Source of the DNA: the human T2T-CHM13v2.0 reference genome, Homo sapiens
Assembly (NCBI RefSeq): GCF_009914755.1
Contig: NC_060934.1
DNA length: 64,000 nucleotides
Strand: one strand, 5' to 3'
Part shown: one piece after another, positions 39,955 to 51,960 of the stretch
Layout: every line of letters begins with the position of its first letter
Position numbering within the stretch: position 1 is the first letter of the stretch
The notes under the pieces: generated by a model
Seen by the model: the letters and a program-made list of their open reading frames with translations, nothing else
Told to the model about the DNA's origin: nothing
Databases searched by the model: none
Made by a program: the position numbers and the translations under genes

Positions 39955-41183
39955 TTTCCGAAAAACCAGCATGGTTTTCTGTCATTTCCATTACGCTGAA
40001 AAGGACATACAGACATCCATCGAAATCAAAAGCAGGGAAAGCGAACTTACACTTTTCCCCAGATGCTAAGTGACTGCAGTGGCTAAGGTCATGGTCAAAA
40101 TTCACAGCTCGTTTAAACTTTCCTGGCTGAGCCAACAGCTCCGATCATGTTTCCTGATCCTATCGAAGTGGATTAAAACTGCAGGAGTTTCTCGCTGTCA
40201 GATCAGCAGGAGGCTATTTCAGACCCTCGAACCGCAGTCCGCATAGCCCGCAGCGGCGCATCCTCCAATCCCCGACTGTGCGTGACGCTAACCTTTCCAC
40301 GCGTTCTCCAGCCTTTCCCACACCCCCCACAGCGGGTGCGGCCAACTCGGGACCCCCTCCGCCCGCGCCCGCCGGGACCCCCGCCTGCTGTCCCCGCCCC
40401 GGCCGCCCTTCCGCAGTCGGTGACTTCTGCCTGACTCCCCAAAGTGGGGGGAGGCGACGAAGGGAGGAAGACTCCCCGCCAAGGGCTCTCCAGCCCGCAC
40501 AGCGGCAGGGCGATGCGGGAGAAGCGCAGGGATGCCGCCCGACGCCAGAGCCATATTTACATCGGCTGCTGCTTTGCCAAAAAGCCGACTTGTGCCCAGT
40601 AATATTGCCTTTAAAGGAAAAAGAAAGGACCTAAGCACTAAAGCTGCTGCCCCAAATCTGCTCGCGCTCCGGTATCCTCGCCCCAGTGCCCCAGTGGGAG
40701 GCTCGCACGCGCCCAGCCCGGGACAGGTACACCTGCCCGCAAGCGGAAGACGCGGGCGCCGCGCGGCCCCCACACCGGGTAGCGGTCGCCCGGACCCGGC
40801 CCCCAGCAGCTCCCGCCGGGGCTGACAGCCGAGGCGCCGTGCCCCGCACAAACTTCCTACCTCCCAGGCTGCGGGGACCGACCTGCGGGCGGGCGGGCGG
40901 ACCGGGGGCGGCACTGGCACCCACCGTGAGACTCACATGCACACGGGACCCCCGACCCGCACCGGGCCATAGATCTAAAGGGGACGCAAGTGGTGGTGCC
41001 TGGGCGGCCCAGAGGGCTGGGGGCACGCGCCGCGGGGCTGGGGGCTTCGAGGCGGGCGAGCAGCCGGAGGTCCAGGGCTGACTCCGGCTCCCCGCCCCGC
41101 AGCAGCTGCAGCCGGAGGAGGAGGGGAACGAGGAGGAAGAGGAGGAGGAGGAAGGGGACCGCGCGCCGCAGCTGAGCCCTTAC

Positions 41184-41327
41184 CGAGTGGTTTACCCCCC
41201 ACATGAGGACGCTGAGCAGCGGGTCGCTGGCCCGAAACAGCTTCACTTTCTGCGCTACGAAGTGCTTCTTCTTGGTCTTGGTCTTGCTCGCCAGGACAGA
41301 GGACCCTAGGTTGCCGGGGGTCGCCAT
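41184..41327 (-). CDS. PIP4K2A: PIP4K2A coding exon 1 (aa 1-48), phosphatidylinositol-5-phosphate 4-kinase type 2 alpha
   Basis: Translation [48 protein letters not shown] is the recognisable PIP4K2A N-terminus (PIP4K2B has a different leader and HFVCQK/SEPILS). ATG at 41327-41325 in strong Kozak context GCGGCCATGG; 144 nt; ends TCG|GTAAGG (phase-0 donor). Confidence 0.97.
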
Positions 41328-41580
41328 GGCCGCCTCCTATGTCCCCTCCACCGCCGTGCTCCCGAGGCCGGGGACCCGCCCTCTCTACACCCCGGCCCGG
41401 GGAGGCAGCCGCATCCCCCCGGCGGCGGCCCCGGCGCGCCGCGCTCCGCTCCGCCCGCCGCCGCCGGCGCGCTCAGCCCCACTCGGCTCGCTCCGCCCGC
41501 TCGGCCCGGCAGACTGCGCTCGGCTCGCGCCCCGGCCCGTATCCTGCGCCCGCCGCGGATCCGCGCTCAGCCCGCGGCTG
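41328..41580 (-). other. PIP4K2A: PIP4K2A GC-rich 5'UTR (upstream boundary/TSS approximate)
   Basis: Lies between the start codon and the ETS/CRE/GC-box cluster at 41600-41655. TSS position is inferred. Confidence 0.6.
41385..41414 (-). other. Upstream ORF in 5'UTR (MRLPPRAGV*)
   Basis: Minus strand GGG ATG CGG CTG CCT CCC CGG GCC GGG GTG TAG; ends 57 nt before the main ATG. Confidence 0.55.
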
Positions 41581-41599
41581 GACCCGGCGCGCGGCGAGC

Positions 41600-41655
41600 G
41601 GCTTCCGCGTTGGGCGCCGGCGTCATGACGCAGGGGGCGGGCGGGCAGGCGGGAG
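41600..41655. promoter_or_regulatory. Proximal promoter motif cluster: ETS core (CGGAAG on minus), palindrome GCGTCATGACGC (two CRE half-sites), GC boxes
   Basis: GCTTCCG at 41601-41607; GCGTCATGACGC at 41620-41631; GGGGGCGGGCGGG at 41633-41645. Confidence 0.55.
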
Positions 41656-42710
41656 GCGGCTGCGGCGCCGCGGGCGGGGCACTGGGTGCGGGGCGCGGGG
41701 CGCGGCAGCTGGACCGTTAGGCTGCGCCTTCCCGCCCCGGCTCCGCTGCAGCCGGGCCGCCCCCTGTGCGCGGGCGACCTCCGGGCGTTCGCTCCCTGCC
41801 CGCGGAGGAGGCCGTGGGTTGCGAGCGGGAGCCTGGGGACCCCGGCTAGGCGTCCCCTGCCGCTCCCCAAGGAGGGAGAGGACAGAGTGGGCAGAGTGAG
41901 GAGGTTGGGGAGAGGAGCCCCCAGGCGTCGATCAGGCGAAGGAGGGAGGCTCATGCACTCACCCACGCCACGAGTCAGGAGACCCAGCCAGGTGTGAAAT
42001 GCTGCAGGGAGACCAGGGCTTCCCAGCACCGAGGGGAAGGACCCGGGCACATTGCCGGGTCAGTCCCTGAAATGAACTTAATACTTTTGTGCGGATAACC
42101 GTCTGGCCTTTCAGACCCTCGATATGGGCCTCCTGGAGCCATTCAAGAGGGAGACTCCCACGTAATAGGCTGGGCTGTCACTGCCAACCCACTCCGTGCC
42201 CGGGGCAGGAACCTCGGACCTCATCGAGAGCCCTTGGCTTAACCAGTAGAATCATGCCCCAAAGTGCACCTTCTTCCAATCCATCACTATGGTACTTGCC
42301 ATCCCTGCCTGTTTTCCAGTGCACTCACCGTCCGTGGAAATCTGTTCACCGTCTTCCTCCAGATACACCTAAATGTAGCCCTTATTATGCTGAGAATACT
42401 TGGCCTACCTCAGGAAGCTGCCATTCCAAGTATGTCTAAAACCCTGCTGCCCCCATATCGTCCTTGCAGTCGTCATCCTGTGCTATTTACTCTGACCCAG
42501 CTCACCAGTCCTCACGGAGTAGGTTCTTGGAAACTGTCACCTTAAGCAAAACAACATATAACAAAACCAAATTTGCCATAGGCTGACATATAAAAAAAGA
42601 GTTAAGTTCCTACAGCATTATTTCCGGTTACAAAAACATCACCGAACTTCAAAGTAAAAATTCAAAACACTTCTAATATTAAACATTAAAATAAATGTGA
42701 GCTATACCTC

Positions 42711-43020
42711 TTTTTTATTTTTATTTTTTCCCTTGAGATAGGGTCTCGCTGTGTCAACCAGGCTGGGGGTGCAGTGGTGCAATCACAGCTCACTGCAGGC
42801 TCTACTTCCCCAGACTCAGGTGATTCTCCCACTTCAGACTCCCCAGTAGTTGAGACTACAGGCGCGCACCACCAAGCCTGGATAAACTTCTTGTATTTTT
42901 GGTAGAGATGGGGTTTCACCATGCTGCCCAGGTTGGTCTCGAACTCCTGGGCTTAAGGAATCTGCCCACCTTGGCCTCCTAAAGTGCTGGGAATACAGGC
43001 ACCAGCCACTGCACCTGGCC
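42711..43020 (-). mobile_element. AluJ
   Basis: Reverse Alu dimer. Confidence 0.93.
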
Positions 43021-43059
43021 TACCTACATTTTTTAAAGATTGATAAAAACAAGATAATG

Positions 43060-44022
<963 letters not shown>

Positions 44023-44689
44023 TAAGTTGTCTGTTGTCATTATTACTCCACTCAAATATAGTAGATACCTTCTGTGCCCTTGGCAGACTGCTTGGTCCTG
44101 TCAGGGAGATGAAGGATGACAGGCCATTATCCCTTTAGGATCTTGAGTCTCCTCAGGGGTTGAGGGGAGGTCATGTGGTCACCTTCATTTGCTCCTATTC
44201 TTTCTTTGACTGTTTTTTAAGTCCCCTCGTCGTAATTTCCTGCTTGCTTTCATCCAAAATGATATCTGCTTCTCCAGCATCAACCATCACTGCTCTTAGT
44301 GGTTTAAAAAAGCCCAAAACCTAAATTTTTAGTGAGACATCACGGGGACTGAGCTGTAGCTCTCCCACTTACTTGAGCAAATCACTTAACCTCTCCCAGC
44401 CTCGGGTTCTTTATGTTAACAGTAACTATCATCAGACACAAATGTCACTTTAGGAACTATTTTGAACCTAGTAATATAATCCTCCCCTACCTACATTATA
44501 GGATGTTTGTTAGAATCAAAATCAATAGTAGATAATGGCAATGAAAACCCTTTGTAAACCAGACAACACAATAGAAAATGTAGAGTGCTTGCAAGTAACT
44601 CATAAACTCTTCCCCGACCCCAGAGAAATGCCTGGTTGCACATTTGTACATCATTTTTCCACAGGCATCTTTTAAAAGTGTCTAAAACC

Positions 44690-44983
44690 ATCTGGGCATG
44701 CTGGCTGATGCCTGTAATCCCAGCACTTTTGGGACGCCAAGATGGGAGAATCACTTGAGCCCAGGAGTTCAAGGGTAGCCTGGATATAATAGCGAGATCT
44801 CATTTCTACCAAAAAAAAAAAAAAAAATTTAAATTAGCTGCACATGGTGGTATGCATCCTGTGGTCTCAGTTACTTGGGAGGCTGAGGCAGGAGGATCAC
44901 TGAGGCTGCAGTGAGCTATGACTGCACCACTGCACTCCAGCCTGGGCAACAGAGCAAGACCCTATCTCAAAAAAAAAAAAAAA
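44690..44983 (+). mobile_element. AluJ with small right-arm deletion
   Basis: TSD-like aaagtgtctaaaacca / aaagatatctaaagcca. Confidence 0.92.
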
Positions 44984-45642
44984 GATATCTAAAGCCAAGT
45001 TTGACATCTTTCCCCATCCACAAGTTACTTTATTTCTTGTATTATATTGGAAATGGCATTCATATCACTCGGTTACCCCAGCTGGAAGTTCTTTTATTTA
45101 ACAAATTTTCATTGGCCAGGCTTGAAGGCTTACCATCATCATCAATTATTGCCTTTCACCACCACCCAACCTAAACTCCTTTATTGGATCCTGCCCTTGA
45201 AAACAATTAGACTCAAAAATCCTCTCTTCCCTGATGCTTTCCTGATCCTCCTAATTCAAATTCATCCTTCCACCTCAGTGCTTCCATAGCATTTATTTGT
45301 TTCATAATAGCTATATTATACTTAATTTTATATTAATAATGCAAGACAATAGGCTTGCTGCAACTGCCAAAAAACTGAATTTAGTGATGACAGAGTGCTG
45401 AATGACCCTAGAGGAAGAGGGGATGGATACCTGTTGTTAGGAGAGGCTCCGCCTTAGGAAAGCAGCAATCTGTGGGTGGGTGCAGAGGCCAATAGCACCA
45501 TGTGAGGGACAGATAGGGGCATAGTGTGGTATTTTTAGGTAGTTATGAGGAGACTTGCAGGTTTCAAAGGACAGAATTTCTGGTGATTTAACATGTTTTG
45601 AAAGCCATCTAACACAATACCATTCACAAATACATCATTAAA

Positions 45643-46030
45643 TTATTTATTTATTTATTTTATTATTTATTTTTTTTGAGACAGGGTCTCACTCTGACAC
45701 CCAGGCTGGAGTGCAGTGGCAAGAACACAGCTCACTGCAGCCTTGAACTCCTGACCTCAAGCCATCTCCTGCCTTATTAAATGATTTTGCCAATAACCTT
45801 TCACATTAGCTTTGTGCTCTGTGGAGGGTATGTGTGATGCAAGAGTTCTAGAGTCACAGAAATGACCTTAGCTCACGCCTGTCATCCCAGAGCTTTGGCA
45901 GGCCAAGGCAGGAGGATCGCTTGAGCCCAGGAGTTTGAGGTTACAGTGAGCTCTGATTGTGCCACTGCACTCCAGCCTGGGCAACAGAGTGAGACCGTCT
46001 CTAAAAATAAGAAAGAAAAGGAAAGAAGAA
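45643..46030. mobile_element. Two oppositely oriented Alu monomer fragments (- 45643-45775; + 45870-46030)
   Basis: Right-arm/FRAM-like sequences head to head. Confidence 0.85.
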
Positions 46031-46795
46031 CAAAGTGACCTCAAAATGTGTAATCCAATTCTCAAATTGTATGCATTCGATAGACAATTGATATCTAGAG
46101 AAATGTAATAAGTAATTTCTTGGGCAATAAGAAACTTTGAAGGCAAGGACCATGGTGTACCCACTTCTAGGGCGTCTCAGTGAACCCTGAATACTCCCTT
46201 TCCCATAGCACCCGTGGTGAAATTTTGGTGAATAAAGAAAAAAGGAATATTTTATCTCTCATAACAAAGTTACATGTAAAGTTTGCGTAGCCAGAAAATG
46301 TTTTGTGCAAGGTTCCATTCAGAAATACTTTGTTAGGAAATTAGGCTAGACATAATATTTAAACTCGAGGGCTAGATACTACATGCGGACTTAGCCACCT
46401 AGCAATTTGATCGCTGTTTTCCTTTGGGGTTTGCATGCTAATGAGACAAAGTGTATGTCCTGCTTGTTCTTGGTTCAGCCCACCTGGTTCAAGCTGCTTA
46501 CCTTGTCAAGCTGCCAAACCATCAACATTCGCCAAAGGTCTGGAAGAGAGGCATAGATCTTCCTTCTCTAGGAGGAAGATCAAGGGAGTGTGACTTCAAG
46601 AAGAGCATGTGGTTGTGTCAGTCAAGAAGAATGCCATGCCCTCCTCAACAGCCACATCCTTTTGCATTTGGCCTGGTGGGATGTTACACATCCAGATGGC
46701 AAAGCCATCACAAATGGAAGAAAGGCTCCAGCAGCCAAGTTCACTAAGAAGAAAGAAGGACATGTCAAGAAGATTTAAAACGTTCCCAATACTGA

Positions 46796-47129
<334 letters not shown>

Positions 47130-49109
47130 CCCAATACTGACTTGTTTATGCTTCTTGTTGTTGTGGTTTTGTTTTTGCTTACATTTACTATAATCAACTT
47201 TATTTAGTATCTTTATTTAGTATAAATAACTTTATTTAGTATAAAACTACATGGTGTAAATATTATGTTGCCTAAGGTATACAAGACCAGAAGTAGAGGT
47301 CGAATAGGGTAGATGCTCTGATTTTTTATATTACCCTTTTTAATAAAAAAATACTATCAATCGAATAATTCCAATTCTTCCTTGAGAAAAGGGAAGTGGT
47401 AGCTTTTTTGACTTAGTGCTATTTGGAAGCTTTGTGCTTTTCCTTGCTTTATGAAAAGATCAGAGCAAGATGTGAGACAATTCCATTCATCCTTCTACAA
47501 TGTCACCTTGAGCTTTGCCATGCAAAATTATTATGTTGGAAGACCATTCTTAAAGTGCATAAGCTGTCAAATCTAGCCAAAAGGCAATAAGTAAGCTACA
47601 AATGCAATAAATGGGCTCTAAAAATTCAACTGTGACAAGTGAGTTACTTTTGGGGGGATAAGCTATTGACATGATGCAGCACAGCTTGCTTTCTGGGAGT
47701 TCCAGGGGTCTGGCTAAACTTCCTGGACTGGCTGTGGTTTGGTGCCAGCCAGTTGGGGTTTTCCACTCCAATTTAAATATCGATGGTGATTCTTCTGGCT
47801 TCTGTAGCTGGCTGGGACTTCCTGGACAGTGGCAGCCATTCCAGGAATCTACCAGTTAGTTGACTCCTGTCTGGTTAGCCTGACTTGGGGAGATTGGACT
47901 GGGAGAAGATGGAGTAAAAAGCAGGTAATGCGCAGACTAACCATTCCCCAGACCACCCCACCTTCTCCACTCCCCAAGCAGCAACATGAGAACTTGAGCT
48001 AGCCTCCCCCGCTGGAAGACAGGAAGCTGTGTGAAGGACATTATATCTTGATCATATATATCTTTATATATATATGAAAGTTTTCTTTATTATAGAAATG
48101 GAAATTTCAACATTGGGAGATCACATGGCAGGATATAATGCATCCAATAAACATGATATTTTCACAGAAAATGTAATGACATAAAATAATCATGATATTA
48201 ATATAAGTGAAAAAATAGGATACATATCATATATATGCTATGGTTTTAATAGCACAAAGCTTTTTTTAAAAAGCACAAAGCTTCCAAATAGCACTAACAC
48301 CTATAATCTCTGCACTTTAGGGGGCCATGGTGGAAGGCTCTCTTGAGGCCAGGAGTTCAAGACCAGCCTGGGCAACACAGCAAGGCCCTATCTTTACAAA
48401 ATAAAAATTAAAAATTTTTAAAAAGTAAAAAGTGTATTATAAAATGTGTGTGCATGTAAAACACTGAAAGAAAACAGAGCATACTTTTGACAGTGCTATA
48501 TCAGGGGTGCAGTTAGGATTATGGATGATTTTTAAAATATATTTCTGCATTTTCCAAATGTTATAAGATGCATACGTGTTACTTTTATAATTTTTTTAAT
48601 GCAACTATCTTTCCTAGTTAAATAAGTAACACAGTAATGTCATTTAACATACTAACCCAATTCCAATAAGAGACCAGCATTTTCACTTGCTCCTTGCTAT
48701 TTATAATAGTCGTTGTATGATTTAGGCAATGGCGAACTAAGCCTGTGGTGAACATTTTCCTATATGTAGGAAAAAGGGAACCTCCTGTGTTCGCAAAGAG
48801 TCCTTATGCAAGTTTACAAATTGTTTACCCATTGGGCATCATCTTCCCAATGCATACAGCCTATGCGTTTTTCGGGGACCTAGAAAAAATTTGAGATGTG
48901 AAAACAAAAATTTTGATTACAAAAGAAAACTGCAAAAGTGATATCAATAATAACATTTGACTAAATGTTGCCATTTATTAAATTTAAATTTAGTATTTAA
49001 AAAGTCATTACGTATATAAAGAATTTGTGAGTTAGCTTTTCTTATGTTACAAGTATGCATAATGATTGATAAAAAAGATAGTAAATAGTCAATCAAAAAT
49101 TAAATGTTT

Positions 49110-49406
49110 GGCTGGACGTGGTGATTCATGCCTGTAATCCCAGCACTTTAAGAGGTTGAGGTGGTAGGATTGCTTGAGCCTAGGAGTTAGAGACCAGCCT
49201 GGGCAACATAGGGAGACCCTGCCTCTATAAAAAATAAAACATTATCCAGTCATAGTGGTGTGTGCCTGTGGTCCCAGCTACTCGAGGGACTGAGGTGGGA
49301 AGATCACTTGAGCCTGGGAGATTGAGGCTGCAGTGAACTGTGATCAGTGGCACTCTAGTCTGGGTGGATTGAGATTCTGAATCTCCAAAAAAAAAAAAAA
49401 AAAAAA
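49110..49406 (+). mobile_element. AluJ
   Basis: Dimeric Alu with polyA. Confidence 0.93.
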
Positions 49407-49694
49407 GGCATAGCTAAACATTTTTAGAGCAAAATTATAAAAATCTTTTCTAATTTATTTTACAGCAAAAACGTTGAATTAAATGTGGACTGTGAATGCA
49501 TTTTCATATGTTTGATACGCTGAAGGGTTGGAGCCTCCAAAAATAAGGATGCCCAGCCCTTAGGAGAGTTTTTTAAATGGCTGCCGGGAGGAAAGATTCT
49601 ATTCTTTGTAGATCAACAAGGTCCAGACAAATTGGTGTGACCTTCAGACCTGAAGCCAACACTGAATGCCAAGACCAGAGGAATTAGAAGATTT

Positions 49695-49728
49695 TACACT
49701 TGATCTTAGCCAAAAGGCCAAGAAGCAA
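49695..49728 (-). pseudogene. 3'-truncated (tailless) U2 snRNA retropseudogene, U2 nt ~2-35
   Basis: Minus strand TTGCTTCTTGGCCTTTTGGCTAAGATCAAGTGTA vs U2 (A)TCGCTTCTCGGCCTTTTGGCTAAGATCAAGTGTA (two CpG transitions). Flanked by AGGAATTAGAAGATTTTA (49679-49696) and AGGAATCAGAAGATTTTA (49729-49746). Confidence 0.9.
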
Positions 49729-50727
49729 AGGAATCAGAAGATTTTAGCTTGAGCCTTTTGCCCTGGGCAAGGGAAAAGTCCAGAAGCAGGAAGCAAGGAG
49801 AAAATTCAAACTAGCTTCCCTGCCTAGAGCAGTGCATAGTGGAAGATCTCAGCCACACCTTCATTTGTGCCTTTTTTTTTTTTAGCTCACTGCAGCCTTG
49901 AACTCTTGGGCTCAAGCAATCCTCTTGTTTCAGCCTACCAAAGCGTTGGGGCTCCAGGCGTGAGCCACCGTACCTGGCCTTATTTGTGCTTTCCGCATTC
50001 CTGCAATCAAGGGGCACTCTTAATTTACATGCCTACTGCTCTTAATGGGAAGGTACCTAGAGGGAAATCTCACCTAAGGTCTGCTTTCATGGAGTTTTTA
50101 AATTCTAAAATATAGTATACACTGTACTGATGCTACACTGAAGATAACCTAGAGAAATAATTGATGTGCATATTTGAAAAGCATCTAAAAAAATATGACT
50201 TGAGATCAGCGTAAGAAAAGGATCACAGTCTTCTTCATGCTGCTGTGTCCAGTGGTCAGGGATGGGGCAGTTCCCAGGGTCTCCACTGCCCTCGAGAACC
50301 AAATGGAAGACACAGAACAACAGCTTTGAGAGTTAGCCAGGGACTGCCTTGCTTTCCCGGTAGCGCTGAGGGTATGAGTTGGTGAACCCTGTGTGGTTCC
50401 TGTTCATTAACCCAGGAGGAAGAATTGAGGTAGGTGAGAGGAACAAGAGGTCCCAGAGAGATTCCTGGTGCTACCCAGGCTGTTTCCACTTCCTCCTCAC
50501 CACTCTCAGTTCCTGAAATTTGCGGTTGTAGCCTTCAGAAGCAGCCCCAGAACAATCACTCAGGAGGCCCCCACTGCAAAGGCATTCCTAGATCCATCTG
50601 TCACCCATACCTGTGCTCCCAAACTTGGGGAGCCTATCCAGTTTTACCTCAGTTACACAGAAGTCTGCAAACCCACGGAACCCTCTCCTGTCACGTGTGC
50701 AAACATCATGAAATTCTAACCCATGAG

Positions 50728-50880
50728 TTTTCTTTTTTTTTTCTTTTTTCTTTTTCTTTTTTTTTTTTTTGAGACAGAGTCTCGCTCTGTCGCCCTGGTT
50801 GGAGTGCAAAGGCGCAATCTCAGCTTACTGCACCCTCTGCCTCCTGGGTTCAAGCGATTCTCCTGCCTCAGCCTCCTGAG
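50728..50880 (-). mobile_element. Partial AluS right arm (other partial Alus at ~48283-48425 +, 49872-49979 -, 52176-52361 -)
   Basis: T-tail then gagacagagtctcgctctgtcgccc...ctcagcctcctgag. Confidence 0.88.
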
Positions 50881-51641
50881 TTCTCTTAGTTTTGGATTTG
50901 AGTGCCTGATAGAAAGTTCTGGGTATTTTCAATTAGTAATCTGGTGCTCATCTTGTCACCCTCAGACATGGCCCTAGTCAGTTTCGAAAGTCTCATAAAA
51001 TCTCAGAAGCGATGGAACTGGGCTTGAGGGTTTTTTAGACTCTGAAAAACAGCTTTTCAAAAAAACACCCTTCCATACTTTTAGCACTAGCTAACATTTG
51101 AGTGTTGCACTAAAAGGAAGTTACAGATGAAATCGTTGTTACATAAAATTCTAGGTCTGAATTTTAAAGATGGGGAGTCTTGATTATTCACAATATTCAT
51201 GCCCCTGGTTTGTGCTTTCACCTTAACTATGGGATGGCTCCTCCTTAGAGAGTTGATGTCACAACTAACTTTCAATGAAGAGTCCTGTTTTTCCTTTACT
51301 AACTCAGGCTTTTTCCATTTTAGTTTTCAAATTCAAATTTTAAGTAGGTCATATTACTGGTATTTAAAAACTTGATAAACTAGAACTCAGGGACTAACTT
51401 GAAATCAGAGGTACGTTTATTACCATTTTTGCTCATTCATTCGTCACATATGTGTTGAGGTCCTAGAAGATTCTGAGCATAAAGGTGAGTAAGACACGTC
51501 CCTTGCCCTTGAGGGGTGCATAATTAAGTAGGGAGGATAAAGCTGCAAGCCAGCCATTTCCAATGCAATATGGTACCTTCTATAGCAAGACAATAGAGAT
51601 AGGGCTGTAAATGCTTAGAGGGAGGAAGAAGCACACGATTA

Positions 51642-51960
<319 letters not shown>

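Larger units (their letters stand above)
40200..42250. promoter_or_regulatory. CpG island / TATA-less promoter of PIP4K2A
   Basis: Abrupt shift to very GC- and CpG-rich sequence spanning exon 1; multiple GGGCGG boxes; flanks are AT-rich and CpG-depleted. Confidence 0.93.

Noticed and set aside
40203-42439. Many long overlapping ORFs (up to 221 aa) on both strands of the CpG island
   Set aside because: Pro/Arg/Gly/Ala-rich, no recognisable domains; expected from stop-codon scarcity in GC-rich DNA. Only 41184-41327 matches a known protein.
46590-46778. Lys-rich peptide (GRKAPAAKFTKKKEGHVKKI) suggestive of a processed pseudogene
   Set aside because: No parent gene recognised, no polyA or TSD of its own, and adjacent sequence looks MLT-LTR-derived. 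A BLAST search would settle it.
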